Positions 11,531 through 25,449 of a stretch of 64,000 bases of DNA are shown in pieces (position 1 is the stretch's first letter; each line of letters begins with the position of its first letter). The notes under the pieces were generated by a model. The model had not been told where the DNA came from. It did no database searches and saw only the letters and a program-made list of their open reading frames with translations. This DNA comes from Carcharhinus amblyrhynchos (lineage: Eukaryota): positions 33,418,001 through 33,482,000 of the forward strand of contig OZ336878.1 of assembly GCA_965287045.1 (NCBI GenBank). The letters run 5' to 3'. A program made the position numbers and the translations under genes.

Positions 11531-13799
11531 TCTTTCCTTACATGGTCACAAAATGGAATTGCTGTCCACGGTCTGTTTCAATTTGTACAGAATTGGCAGA
11601 ATATTGAGAGGTCAGGGAGAATCTCTGCTCTTAACTCAAAACTTTTCAATGCATAATAAAGCAGGTTAAGTGGAAAGATGTGGACTTCTAAAAGTTGCTG
11701 CCTAAGGGGAGTAAAATTCGCCTTTGAAATATTCTGATTAAAATTGCACAACACGTTTGTGGGTCAGAACAGCGCTTGCTGTGCCGCAAAGAACAGGATA
11801 CGCATGGAAACTGGTCGCGAAATCACAGTAATAGCAGCAATTACTAAACGCACGTTATAGTGTTGGTCCAGGTTCAAGTGAACAACACGAGAAAGCCACT
11901 GAAAGATAAAAACAATGATAAACCTCACAGCACATTAAAGGCTATGGAAACTGCTCATTTCCAGCATTTTCATATCAAAGGAGACTCAGAATTTAGGACA
12001 GCATGCTGACTGATATGAGAATGCTTCCATATGGAGGGCAGTGTACACAACTGTGGTAGCTGATGGTATCTCCTGTAAATAGAGAGCAAGGTTCAAACAA
12101 ATATGCCAGGCCTAATACACAGCAACAGTTGTACATGTGCCAAACCATGTAAAGTATTCACTGGAGACCAGAGCTATTTGGCATCACTAAGTGTAATACA
12201 AAGGATCAACACCACTGGGACATTAATTACGCAGTAAATTATTTTCAAAACATTTGTGAATCCTTTTCCATGAATATGTAGGTATGATGGGGGACTCAGT
12301 CCAAAGCCATGTTGTGGTTCTGAAGTGCCAGGCTTCCAGAACATAACAGAAAGGTTTTATTGAATTAATGCCGCTCACTGGTTCTACTGTTGCAGCCTTT
12401 GGTGTTTATGGTTTAGATATTACAGAACACAATTTAAAAATGAGCATGTTAGAAGCAAGAAGAGCTGCTAATTACACAATTGTTTGTGATTAAGTTACGA
12501 GGCAAAACCACCCAAGTGTTGAATGGCTCCAATTTTATCATTTTATTAGACAAGATATCCATGCAGTCAACTGTATGGTGATCATTTGAGAAGAATTAAA
12601 TACTTGAAGCAGGATTTACCAGCTGTGGTCCATCCAAAAATCGGAAAATCCAGCCTGAGGTCAACAGATATTTGCATGATCCATGCCCCACCCGCTACAA
12701 TTCCCATGGCGGGCAGGATGGGAAAATTCTTCCCTCAATCTCCACTGCATTTTGAAAATGGAAGTTATGCAGAAGATATACAGAGCTCAGGTACCTCATG
12801 TGGAACACTCTGTTCAGTTCTGGGCATTGTCATTATCAGCTTGCACTTCCAAAAACTCTGCAAATAGCTGTGCCTGATCAAACAAGGGGCACATCATGAG
12901 ATGTCCACTGGACCAGTATAAATACAACAATTCTTCAGTTTTTGGATCTGAGTACCATTTAGGTGAAGAGGACCTTTTTAAATTATACTTTTATGTACTG
13001 GGAATTTAACAGATTTGAATTCAAAGCAAATCCCTGCAGAAGTAATTTAACTCCCAGTTTGGTATTCTGTACCTATCTACATAACTACTTCTTTGTACAT
13101 TTGCCTAGGAACTCTGGCCCTTGTTCTGAAGCCTGTCAGTTGAGTGCTGGATGTCATTCAGTATTTTGCTCTCAATGCAACTTGGGTTTTCACTATGCTC
13201 TGTTATTGTTAATATCAGGGGCATAACAGAATATGCGCAGACAAAGAGCATTATGTTCGGAATTAGTTGCAAAAGCCCTTTGTAATGTTTAGGATTTGCA
13301 AGAACAATTGACCATTTTACTACTACAGCATTGGAAGAATGCTGCTATTGCTTAAAATCTCTATGCTACTATCCATTAATATGTATTATAAAGAGAAAAA
13401 GCATATGAATTATTGCAATACCGTTGCTCTGAACTGGTAGGAGTCTGACCCCAATTTGAGAAGCTTCATAAATCAAGCCATGTGAAGCGTAGTGTCTGGC
13501 CAGCATCAGTAAACCTAATCTGGTGGTAGGGTCAAACTTCTATTCTGCATTCCAGCGATCTTTAACCTCACATCATATTGCAAAAACCAGTTAAGCTTAC
13601 AACTGTATGTTATTAAATCTATTCCACAATTTTTGCTCTTAAGGGGGTGTTACTGCAGAAGGATCTTTTTGTAAATAAAAGAACAAAAACGTTCATTCAG
13701 AAGATTCAAATGACAAAGAATGCTACACAGAAATTTTGTTTTACTTTGAACACTAAACATTTAGATAAAGAAGCTTTATTTCCAAACAATGACTTCCTG

Positions 13800-13897
13800 C
13801 ATAAATATATGTGTGCCTGTGTCTATATCTATATATATAACTAACATAATATACACATACACACACATAGTATATACATATATAAAAAATATACATA
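13800..13897. repeat. Degenerate (TA)/(CA) microsatellite
   Basis: tatatctatatatata...acacatacacacacatagtatatacatatata. Confidence 0.7.
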
Positions 13898-16339
13898 GGC
13901 CAGTCAATGCACAATTCTAATAAATGATTTGCATTTGGCATCTGCCATTCCATTCTAAGTTGCAGCTTCAGAACAATGAAATGCAAATGGTATATGATGC
14001 ATGAGCATTTGTGCTATTTGTTCCTGCAGCGGTTTATATTGGGGTTCCGGGGACAGAGTGTGAATTATAGTTATTTGTGCCTGCATGCTGACGAGGTTTA
14101 CGAGTCTATAAACTGCAGAACTAACCATAAGCTTATGGACATTAGTATATGCACAGCAATGGCATAGACAATCAAGCCAACTGAGTTTAAAACCAGTTCA
14201 TTCACTTCAGTAAGCCGTGATTCATGCTTACGAGAGATTGGGTTTGTCAATTATCTGCGCAAAACTTGAAATAAAACTGGGATTTGCATACTATTTGTAA
14301 CGTAAGGAACAAAGAACACGGCTAATATAACGTGAAAAGAATTGTAGGGCCATTGTTATCTAAATTCAGTGCTTGAATGTTTAGTCTCATTTCTTATGCA
14401 GTGGATTAAAGCTCTGATTCCACAGGTGTATGGGATCATAAACATCCCACGTGAGTACTCAAATCAATTCTTTTGGCTCACAACACAAAGACGGATCTGA
14501 ACAAGTACACTGGTGGCAGTATGGAATGTAAAATGCATTGAGAACCAGTGAAGCTCAAAGACCACTCATAGAAACAAAACCTATTAAGACAGATCGGGTC
14601 TGTCATCCTACAGAAGGAACTCAAGAGTGACTCAAAGTGTCCAGCTATAAAGTTTTGAATGCATGTGAAGATTTTAGTTACGTTCATTGTTTCCCAAGCT
14701 TCCAAATTCTTGGGCATAAATTTGCTTTTGATGGTTATGAGAAAATTGAGTCCAGAAACCTCAGTGGTTTCTCCAGGTTCCTTTATGGTTTGTTTCCCAC
14801 ACAGTAATAAAGTTAATGTTTTTATGTCCTTTGTAGCTCAGACCATGTTTACCCTAGAACCCCCCACGCTGGATCCCTCTGTGACCTGTGCAGTCAGTCC
14901 TTCGTTTCTATGGTATCTGTTTATTGTGCCATGTACTGCTGGTTAATGTGCACAAAGAAATCTCCCTATGACTCCGATGTATTATCCACAATACTTAAAA
15001 GTCCAAAAAAAAATGGCATAACACAATTTGTTAAAGTAACAAGGTGTGAAGTGTCACTTTTGTTCGCTAGCTGATGCAAGTACAGGACATCCAGGAGTGC
15101 CCAGTACTGCAGACACCAGTGCTAAACCGGTATTGGCCAATCGCAGCAAACTTTAAACATGCATATTTTAGCAGAGCAAAACATGAAACAAAGGCACATG
15201 ACCAGGAATTTGCACAGCAGGAGACAAAATGAGGCATTGTGCTCCTCTTGAATGGCTGTCTGTTACTAAATCCATCCAGGAAAAAAAGTTCTAATGGAAT
15301 TAGACCAAGGCTACTTTGAGGAATGTTGAATGTTACATTGCGATTCTCAGACAGGAAAAACTAGCTTCAGTCCTGCCTGACTTTCCTCTCCTGACTGCTC
15401 TAGAAGACAAGCAGGGGTGGAAAAGTAGGCTTGTATCTTCCAGTCTCATCACAAACTGGAAGTACGATCCAAAATGTACATCGAGACCCCACAGAGGTCC
15501 TGACCCACTGACATCCCAGAGAATTGTCTGAGAAATTGGAACTTATAACTGGTACCCTCTGCAAAAGTCTCTGATTCGCCCTTTGGACAGTTCCATCATA
15601 CTTAGCTGAATAGTTACCCAGGAAATGTTAGACAGAAAAATTTGATCTAACTCTTGGATAACTATAGAACTGATCTCAGCCAATCATTCACACTGGCCCT
15701 CGATGCACCCCACAAGCCCCTGACTAATCTCCCCAAAACCATGACCCAACTACGCCTCCCGAACCAACCAGATTACCCCTCCCAACCACACTAACCCCTG
15801 AACACCCAACTATCCCTTTCCGACCATTCCCCAACCAACCTGACTACCCCATTCCCAACCCGACTTAACCCCGACCAGACCTGACTAGCCCACCCACCCT
15901 CCTCGCTCGCCTCGCCCACCCTCCCATCCTATCCATTCAGTCACCCCGCTATTCACGAACATTCACAGTGGATATTTAAATTTAACTAATGACAGCCACT
16001 CTGATGTCCTCCCCACCACCTGCACCCCACCCCCCTTCCCTTTGGCTATTTTGTAGGAAAGGGAATTCCCTGAGAGATTACACACTCTGCATTTCTGAAA
16101 AAGCTAGGCTTAGAAGACCCAGCCAGAACAGAAAGCTGCGACCGGGCACTGAAAATTACGGATGGAATGACAATCCAACAGTGATCATGTTGCTTCATGA
16201 AAATTCCAAGCTATCAAGTACACAGATGTCAAGCTCATCAAAGTCTGGTGAATGTCCACATTCTGATAGAACAATCAAAACCCCAGCAGGCACTCACACA
16301 CAAGCCCAGGAATAGGTGCCATAAAGATAAGATGGTCAT

Positions 16340-16590
16340 TAATCAATCCACTAACGAATTCAAGATAAACTTCTTCACCCAGAAGAGTAGCTGCAATGTG
16401 GAACTCACTACCTCAGACAAACAGATTGGAAGTATTTAAGGAGAGATTCGCTAAACACTTGACAGTGAAAGGAATAAATATATTCATGGGAGAAAATGAA
16501 GAAGGTGAGAGGAGTTGTGTGTGGAGCATAATAACTGACATGGACCAGTTGGGCCAAAAGGCCTGTTTTTGTGCTGTAAACATTTCTGTC
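16340..16590 (+). mobile_element. CR1 LINE 3' end fragment
   Basis: aaacttcttcacccagaagagtag...tgtggaactcactacc...gggccaaaaggcctgtttttgtgctgtaa. Confidence 0.7.
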
Positions 16591-16842
16591 ATCTTCTGTA
16601 ATGCATACTAGCATCATTGGCATGGCCTGGAATCTGTCACAGTGATCATCTACAATCCCCAGCCGTCCAGTGAAGCTTACTAATGATCTCAGTGTAACAT
16701 ACCATCGACACTGTGCACATATCACAGCCAAGGAACAGCTACGATGTGAAAGAATTACACCTTCAACAAAATGGCGACCTAAAGAAATTCAAATCTCTGG
16801 GTGCAGACTACAGAAAGACAAATGGACCATGAAGTTACTTAC

Positions 16843-16900
16843 CGCTAAATACAACATGGTGTACAATGAGAAGGAAGCGTGTCCCGAAAAGAATGACTTC
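16843..16900 (-). CDS. PLPP3: PLPP3 coding exon 4, (R)KSFFSGHASFSLYTMLYLA
   Basis: Catalytic motif C2 (SGH). Acceptor ttttccAG and donor GTAAGT. 58 bp, phase 2 to 0, joining in frame to exon 3. Confidence 0.96.
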
Positions 16901-18994
16901 CTGGAAAATAAACCAAAATAATCAGCCACTTCTACAACAATTTGAGGTAACCTAAGCATGTTTATCTTGCCAAATTCCCACCCACCCAAAGTGCAAATTA
17001 TACAGAGAGGTAAGTCCATTCTGGAAAAGACCAATCCAATGAAATTAATTACAAACTATGCATAATGGAAGAAATGCATAAACTCCTACTCTCCATATAT
17101 TTGCATACATAAAAGCAATCCTTTTGTGATGTGCTTTGAGATATTTAGACATAAAACACAATCAGAGTGCTTGCTGTGGGTGTAATTTATATTCAATGTT
17201 TTAGTGTACTGCACAAAGCCAAGAGAAGAAACTGAAAATAAATCTAGTTTGGATAAACAATGGGTACAGCCGTGAAATATGTGAGCACTCCATGGAAGAC
17301 CTGCCCAGATTTCTAACAGATCCTATTTTGCTTGGGTTGACATTAGGCTGGCATAGCAACTAGAAGGGATCATTAGGATGAGTGGGATTATAGGTTGGCA
17401 AATGTTGGCATTAAATTCTCAGAGGCTACTAGGGGCCTTGGGGTTGAGTGGTGGTTATGTGTTGGCGTAAGTCGGCATGGGGCTATAAATGGTCATGGGG
17501 TGAGTAGAGAGGATAGATTGACATAGAGGACATGAGGGTGGTTTGAGGCATGCATTGGCATAGATGGGTCATGGAAAGTGAGTGGGTGGAGTGAGGGGTT
17601 GTGAGGGATGAGGGATAAACTCCTTTAATTGCAAGTGGACAAATTTTAAGAGCACTGAGGCAGACATTTTAAATGTCCTGCAGCTGCCTCCACAGGGTTG
17701 GGGTGGGGGGGTACTGTAAGTGGGCAATTAGTGCCACCACCTTATCCCATCACTGCTCATATTAAGCCACAAGGACTCAAAGGCTAATCCCTGTCAGGAT
17801 TGCTCACGGTTCCCAGAGAATTGGGAGAGGGGGAAAGGGGAAGGAAGAGGAATTTTCCCTTGTTTAAAGTCACTACATGCCTGATCTAGGATCCCATATC
17901 AGGAAGAATCATCCCTTGCCATTGATTCCTCTTCCACAACTCTCCCTCTGCCATCACTCACTCTGGCCTGGGTCCAGTGAGGATTCTAGGCCTCGGGCAG
18001 TTGTCATGGCAGCAAAAGCCACCATCTCACCACTGGTGTTGCTGTTCAATACAGCTTTCTGCCCCTCACTGGATAGCAACTCTCACCAGCTGCAATTTCT
18101 ACCCTAGGGTCCTTATCATGGTGGAAGGCCCACTGCTGGCCTGTAAAGTGCCTCAGAGGAATAGGAAGCAGAGGGCCTTCCCAGAAAAAGGGCTCTTGCC
18201 AGCTTTCTGCAGAAGGCCAAGATGGCCATGAGGGCCGAGATCCCCGTGAGGGCTCAAATCGCTTCACCATCACAAGTTTTTGCCAGGCATGCAGAGGAGG
18301 CCAGAGGCAGTGGAATAATGTGGGTGGCTTTGATAAACAGGAAAAAAATGTGACATCAATCACAAACAGCTGCAACTTTCATTCAATTTAGGCGTAAAAC
18401 ATTCAACTAAAAGTACAAGTTTCACTGTGATGTGGGAATAACAGAATTACTGTGAATTATAGTCAGCTGACATTCCTGCCTCTTGTAAACAACACAGTCC
18501 ATAAAACTGTACAGTGTTCCTAAATTTTATGTGAAATTGTGTCATAAAAATCTAAAAGAATTATGTGTAATAAAAGTAAAAGGTAGGCTACCATTGTGGC
18601 AGTCTACTTTACTCTTCACCTGAGTTTCCTTTGCCCTGACTTCAGTGAACACCTTGGGGTATGATGTAAAAGGGACACCTGCTTCAATATTAACCATTTT
18701 GCATCGTCTCCAAAGAACAGCTTTGCTTTCATCTCTTCCTGGAGTGCATATGTGGGGGCAGGAACTGTAGCCATACTTAAATTGCTCTATAGAAAACTAC
18801 TGTGGAAACTGGGGAATTGAAATAGAGAGAGAAAGCCCTGCACTCAGGAGGTCTGGCAGCATCTATGAAGAATGAGTTAGTCGGTGTTTTAGATTAATGA
18901 CCTTCCACCAGCCAAAAAAAAAAGCCATTGACTTAAAACATTAACGTACGGAAGTAACATTCCATTTCATTCCTTATTAAGTAACAATTCCTAC

Positions 18995-19275
18995 CTTGCT
19001 TCCTGAACTTTACTTTCATTGCCTCTGCATTCAAAATCCACAATGTAACCGAGGGAACAGTTGATTGTTGAAAAGTTTGGATTGCAGACGTCTAGAAAGT
19101 GTGGCCTTAAACGGCCGACAGACACTTTTGCAATGTCAGTGAAGGACTGGCTAATGGCACAGCCAAAGATGAAGCATCCGACTTGTTTATACAAAGCTGC
19201 TACATATGGGTTGCGAATAAAGGATTTGGAACGCTCCTTCATGTAATGGATCCGGTAGCACTCTCCTGATATTAT
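18995..19275 (-). CDS. PLPP3: PLPP3 coding exon 3, [93 protein letters not shown](R)
   Basis: PAP2 catalytic motif C1 (K-x6-RP: KVSVGRLRP) and LPP3-diagnostic [14 protein letters not shown]. Acceptor aacAG and donor GTAGGA. 281 bp, phase 0 to 2. Confidence 0.97.
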
Positions 19276-19777
19276 CTGTTAACAAAAACACACAAAATTA
19301 TTGCTGAGGTCATATCGTGTTTCCTGCATATAAACAATGCCTTGTGGAACTAAGATAGCCCGCATTATAATTAGCAACATCGTGGCTGATAACTTGTTTG
19401 TAAAAAGAGAAGATCAGGGAAGAGGCTATTTATTACTCCATCAGGACAATTATTTCTCACCGTCATAGGAAACAAGTCCGCATGGAGAATTAGAATTAAA
19501 TGGGGGAGCTTGTCATGTTTGCCAATGGCGTTAGCATTTCAGCCAAGACACTAACAGAAAAACGTAATTATACTTTTTGGTTTCAGGCTCAGGATATTGC
19601 AGGATTCCTCAATATAAGTTCTCACAAGCTGCTATGTACATATCTAAATATAAAGGGAGCCTGTGTGCATGAAATGATTGAAAATAAAGTAAAACTAAAT
19701 GGGAGGTATGATTAGTAATGGCACAGTAATGTGTCACCACAGGGCATTTAAGGCATGGCAGTCAGGTCTGCCAGTCT

Positions 19778-20075
19778 GGGGTGGCACGGTGGTTAGCATT
19801 GCTCCCTCAAAGCGCCATGGACCCAGGTTCGATTCCTGGCTTGGGTCACTGTCTGTGCAGAGTTTGCACATTCTCCCCATGTCTGCATGGGTTTCTTCCA
19901 GCGCTCCGGTTTCCTCCCACAGTCCAAAAGATGTGCTGGTTAGCTGCATTGGCCATGCTAGAGTTTGCCTGTTGAGCTGGCACCGGAATGTGGCACCTAT
20001 GGGATTTTCACAGGAATTTTATTGCTGTGTTAACGTAAGCCTATTTGTAGCACTATTAAATAAATAAAACTAAAT
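19778..20075 (+). mobile_element. HE1/V-SINE (tail type b)
   Basis: Head ggcacggtggttagc, B-box ggttcgattcc, tail ending taaataaataaaac. Confidence 0.88.
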
Positions 20076-20737
20076 TTCTCTGTCCAAGAAAAACAAAACA
20101 GATCTGCATTATTTGCCAAAATTTACAAATTACTAACACAAGCATGGTCTTGCATGCCATTCGGACATGCAAAATTCCTTAAAATTCAATTCTGTCTGCA
20201 AAAGACAGATAGTCATGATACCCAATGAAGACCCTTTAACATTTCTCAAGCAACAGAGAAGTCACTAAAGTAATGCATAATGTTAAAAGTTCTTTCATCC
20301 ATTCATGGATTGAGCAGTTTCTGCGAGAAATGCATCGATAACAAATTTTCATAAAGTTTTTTTTGACAGACTAGGCCCAGAGGCATGGATTGTTGCCGTA
20401 ATCAAGTGGCGTGGTGGGAATTTGGTAGACTAGACAACTCCAACAATGCAAAGGAATACAATCTTGACCACAGTTTTTTAAAAGCTACCACCAAACATAA
20501 GGCATGCATCTTACTATTACACAGCAGCACAGGTCATTCTTGCACACGAAGAAAAGCAGGTGTTGTAAAAACATTTTCAAATACAATACGTGGTACAATA
20601 CAAACACAAAGGATGCAACAAATAAGATAGCTAAAGCACAATTGGAAAGCAATGTAAATTATGCATGTTTTTATGGCAAAGAGAATAGACTGCAGAAAGC
20701 AATTTCCATGGATCAAATAACTTCTTCTGAAATTAAC

Positions 20738-21230
20738 TTTTTTTAACATTTGTGGGGCATGAGCATTGCTGGCTAGCCAGCATTTATTGCCCATCCCTTG
20801 CTGCCCTTGAGTAGGTGGTGGTGAGCTGCCTTCTTGAATCGCTGCAGCCAAGGGGTATGGGTTAGGGAGGGAATTCCAGGATTTTGACCCAGCAACTGAG
20901 AAGGAACAGCAATATATTTCCAAGTCAGGACGGTGAGTGGCTTGGAGAGGAACTTGCAGGTGGTGGTGTTCCCATATATCTGCTGCCATTGTCCTTATAG
21001 ATGTAAGTGATCGTAGGTTTGGAATGTGCTGTCTAAGAATCTTTGGTAAATTACTGCAGTGCATCTTGTAAATTGTACACATTGCTGCTATTGAGCGTTG
21101 GTGGTGGAGGGAGTGGATGTGGTGCTAATCAAGCAGTCTGCTTTGTCCTGGATGCTGTCAAGTTTTTTGTGGGGACTATTGTATTACACCCCTGACTTGT
21201 GCCTTGCAGATGGTTGACAGACTTTGGGGA
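20738..21230 (-). mobile_element. 3' end of the CR1-group LINE (same family as 5820-7270)
   Basis: Minus-strand translation contains the LINE C-terminal motif GSKSWNSLP. Tail gggatgggcaataaatgctggc. Confidence 0.75.
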
Positions 21231-21580
21231 TGCAATGGCTGAGTGGTATCATCACTAGAATATTAACTCAGAAACTCAGCTAATGCTCTAGGAATCTGGT
21301 TCAAATCCTGCCATGGCAAATGGTGGAATTTGAATTCAATAAAAAAATCTGAAATTAGGAATCTACTGATGACCATGAAGTCATTGTTGATTGTCAGATA
21401 AGCCCATCTGGTTCAATGTCCATTTTGAGTTCCTTTAAGGAAGGAAGTCTGCTGTCCTTACCTGGTCTGGTCTACATGTGACTCCAGACCCACAGCAACA
21501 TGGTTGACTCTCAATTGCCCTCTGAACAAGGGCAATTGGGATGGGCAATAAATGCTGGTGAGCCAGCAACACCCATGATC
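21230..21580 (+). mobile_element. tRNA-derived SINE, family B
   Basis: Head with ggttcaaatcc, core ggaaggaagtctgctgtccttacctggtctgg, tail gggatgggcaataaatgctgg. Confidence 0.82.
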
Positions 21581-23318
21581 CATTTCAGCCGCTTCTGCCA
21601 TCTGATCTAATAGAGGGAGATTTGACTGTCACCAGGAGACAGATGCCAGACTCAGCCTCAATTTAGTGGGCCCGGTTACCATGGTTCCATAACAAGTCGC
21701 GTTAAATCCTGCCCATTATCATTCTCTCCCTAAACTCTTCCATCTTTCCAACCATCTTTCTTCTTTTAGAGACCCTTAAAACACACCAGTCTTACCCCTC
21801 CTTATATTTCTATATATGATTCAATGTCTATTTTATGTCTTTGTGAAATAATGTGGAACAATCCTCCGCATTGCAGGTGCTATATCAATTCAAGTTCTTG
21901 CTAGCATTGTTATAATCCCAAGATATTCCCACATTTTCAATAATTTCACCAATTTTGGAGAGTGAGGAACACTTAAAAGTTGAAATAAACACAAGTCCAG
22001 TGCTCCTTTCATGCTTTCTACCGACACTACTCAGCAACTGCTTGCATAGATTCCTTTTTTCCAAAAAAAAGCAAGCAAAGCAAATTATTTTAGCTAGACC
22101 GTTGCAGAAGGCTGATGCTTCCCGGGGGGCGGGGAGACAACCAGTCACCCCAAAGTGCACATGGAAGTACCCAAACAGCTTTCTGTAAAGTTCCATTAGC
22201 AGAGGCCTGCAGTGGGACAGCTCTACAGACCCACATCTCGTCCTAGAATGCTGAGTTTGGCAGAGAAACTCCAAAAAGGGAAAAAAAATATACATACAAA
22301 ATAAACACTGGTGTAATTACTACCAGCTTTCAGCTTAAGTTACCCTGTTTTACATTTAGCTTGATAGAATTGAAAAGAAATGGCCTGAAGGAAATTGTAT
22401 ATTGCTTACTGTGAATTTTCCTGCAACCTTCAGCCCGCAGTGCAAACCGCACCACCTCCCCCCCCCATACCCCCTCCTTTTAGAAATGCAGCCATTCGCA
22501 ATGTAATCAACATTACTGCTGGAATCTGAGCTTTGCATGTCCAATCTCTCACTTTAGGTAATATGATTTCTAAAAGCAGTCATCCATGGTCTGCCTGCTA
22601 ATTGGCTCAACTAATCACTTTATTGCCTGCAACACCAAGACATTTGAAGGGAAGGTCCAAAAACTGTCCAGAACATGCAAAGCTTAAAACATCTCATAAC
22701 AAACGTACAGTTGTAAAGTGGATAACCCTATCAAAGCTCACTTTCCTCAAGATTAACGAAACGGCTCTGAAGAATTACCATCAACTTCTTATTCTTAAAA
22801 TAATTGCTGTATAGTTAGCCTAATAAAATGAAGTTTTTTCATAGCAACAATTTTTTCATTGACAAGTGAGTAGTTGATTAGTTTTACAGCTTTGACAACT
22901 GGTAGAGTTGGTGACAGAAAGCTCTCTCAAAGCTTGTTTATATTGTCAGGAAGATCCACGCATTTGGAAAGAATCCTTGAAAATAGAGATTCAGATTGGG
23001 CAGAGAATATGTCCCCATTCATGGAAATGAACTTATCATTAAATTGATCAACAGACCTTGTTTGTAAAGATATTATTTGTTCATTTTTGACATGGATTCC
23101 AAAAGGAAATTCCATAACCAGACATTTTATTTTAGATTTATTTCTAAAAGTATTGTTGGCATGAAACGTAACTTTTTAGTAACAGAATGGAATTATAATT
23201 TTGAACATTTGGTCAACAGAAACTGATGATCATAGTCAAGTAAATGATTTTGGTGACAACACTTTAGGGAATTAGCTTGGAGGAGATGTATCGAGACCCC
23301 CGACACATGGGGCTCTGG

Positions 23319-23554
23319 ATCAACACACAAAGTAAGGAGTCTCACAACACCAGGTTAAAGTCCAACAGGTTTATTTGATAGTAAATGCCACTGGCTTTCA
23401 GAACACTGCTCCTTTAGCATTCCAAAGGGACAGTGTGCCGAAAGCTAGTGGCATTTACTACCAAAAAGACCTGTTGGACTTTAACCTGGTGTTGTGAGAC
23501 TTCTTACTGTGTTTACCCAGTCCAACGCCGGCATCTCCACATCAACACACAAAG
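23319..23554. mobile_element. Penelope-like-element-derived palindromic insertion with 14-bp target-site duplication
   Basis: Inverted arms 23331-23415 and 23424-23508. ATCAACACACAAAG direct repeats at 23319-32 and 23541-54. The terminus matches the PLE end at 41169. Confidence 0.75.
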
Positions 23555-25449
23555 CCAAGGTGCCTCCGTTAATAAGCCTTTCGCCAGTTCCATTGCCTTG
23601 CCCTTCCAGAAAACATGCATCATGATCTTCATCAATTCCTAGCCAAACCATTCTGGCATTGATAATTTTCAGGAAAAATAATTGGTGCAACTACAAAACA
23701 TAATAAATAGCTTTGTTTCGGGGCAGACTTTTTCAGTAAAATTATTGACAGCAGTAATTTCACCCCTTTGATTATTTGCAGACGGAGTAATTCCAGGAAA
23801 AATATCCACATTCTTGCTTCAAAATGCGACTTGTTTCAATTTATTAATACTATGCTGAAATCCATGTCAAGGTACAAGGTCTTTAACTCTTGCAAAATAC
23901 CCAATGCTGTACAGTAAATATCACCGTGTATACCACAGTTCAAGAAGATGGCTCACTACCACCTTCTCAAGGGAATTTAGGGATGTGTTTAAATACCAGT
24001 CTTGTTAATGATGGTCACAATCCATGAATGAATGCAAAAAACCCCAGCAAGCTATGTGGGCTTTGGCATGGTGCACTCTATGCCATTGCATGCATATCTC
24101 TTGAAGGTAGCCTATTTTATGACCTTGTTTTAAGCAAGGCAAATTAAATTTTTTCTGTTGTTTGTAATGGTTACGCCACAATCCATCGAGAGGCCGACCA
24201 AAACTGCATGGTTATCAGACACTTTACCGGATTTTGTGGCAGTACAACTAGGTTCACACTGGTGACCTGAAGGAATTCCAGTCGTAGCTACACTTTTAGT
24301 TTGGATCGCAGTACAGTAACCCGATTATCTTAATTGCTGCCCTTTCAGGTCAAAATTCCAGTCTGACACGAATAACTTCAGAGGTTTGCCCCTCCACATT
24401 GAGAAATAAACCTGGATATTTTTAAAACCCGCAACTCACTGAGTGATATGTTGGACAGAAAGGAAAGTGATCAAGAGAAAAAAAGACTTATATTGGGTTT
24501 TAAAGCCAATTATCACAGAAGCATATAATAGATTGGACAAAAAGTCAAGCCATAAAAGAGAAATTGCTAACCAATTTGTTGCCTTTATTCTGCCTTTTCT
24601 GACAACTCATTTTCAGAACTCATTCAGGAAATGTCTAAATCAGGAATGCATTTAAATTACACAGAAACGGAACTGTCTTCTTTGACATCATCAATGTCAA
24701 AAGCTTAACACAGTAGGTGAGGCAAGCAAGGTCGTTTAAAAAGCAAAATGTGCAGGTTGCGGAAACCTGAAACCATAATGAAAATCAGTGGACATGGTCA
24801 GCATCTGTCAAGGGAACACCAGGGTTGGATATTTCAGGTATAAATCCTTTCCTTAAAAAGGTTTTATCCCTAGAATGTCAACTATCTTATCATAATGTGG
24901 CTCCTTGATCTACCTCGACTACCTTCACAACTAACAAATGTATTTATGCAAGATATGACTGGCCTCTCACCAACAGAACTATCTACTGATTCGAAAGTTG
25001 ATGGTTGAAAGGCAAGGCAGTCAAACATTTGAACCAACAGAAACTTGTTGATTTTATGCTTCCTTTTAAGACTCCACAGTAATGGTTAGAGAGCAGAATA
25101 TTGAATCCACTGCCACAGCCAATGTACCTACGGGTGTGATGCCTGCCGCAAACCATACTTGAATCTCCATAATGACAAAAGTACACACCATGTTTACCAA
25201 TACATTGGTGTTTATAGCACACCATATATTATACTTCTTTTTAATTGTATACTTTGAACAAGCGTTTCAAATCATTTTTTGTATGGTTTCAAATTTGTGT
25301 AAAGTTGGTTATTCACTGAAGAAATATTTTCTAAGCTAGTAGTTCAATTTTAATTTTAAAAAAAAAATCACTTTGGGAGATATTATATTCTTTAACTCAG
25401 TGCTGTCTACAAGACATGAAAGAATTCAAACCTATTGAACAATTAACAC

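Noticed and set aside
13465-13500. Minus-strand RFTW, resembling the start of PLPP3 exon 5
   Set aside because: Followed by LDL and a stop, with no RGARLLRP or SRxxxxxH motif. Exon 5 was not found in the window.
20534-21082. 182-aa ORF as a host gene
   Set aside because: Chance open frame across a LINE 3' end and flanking DNA.
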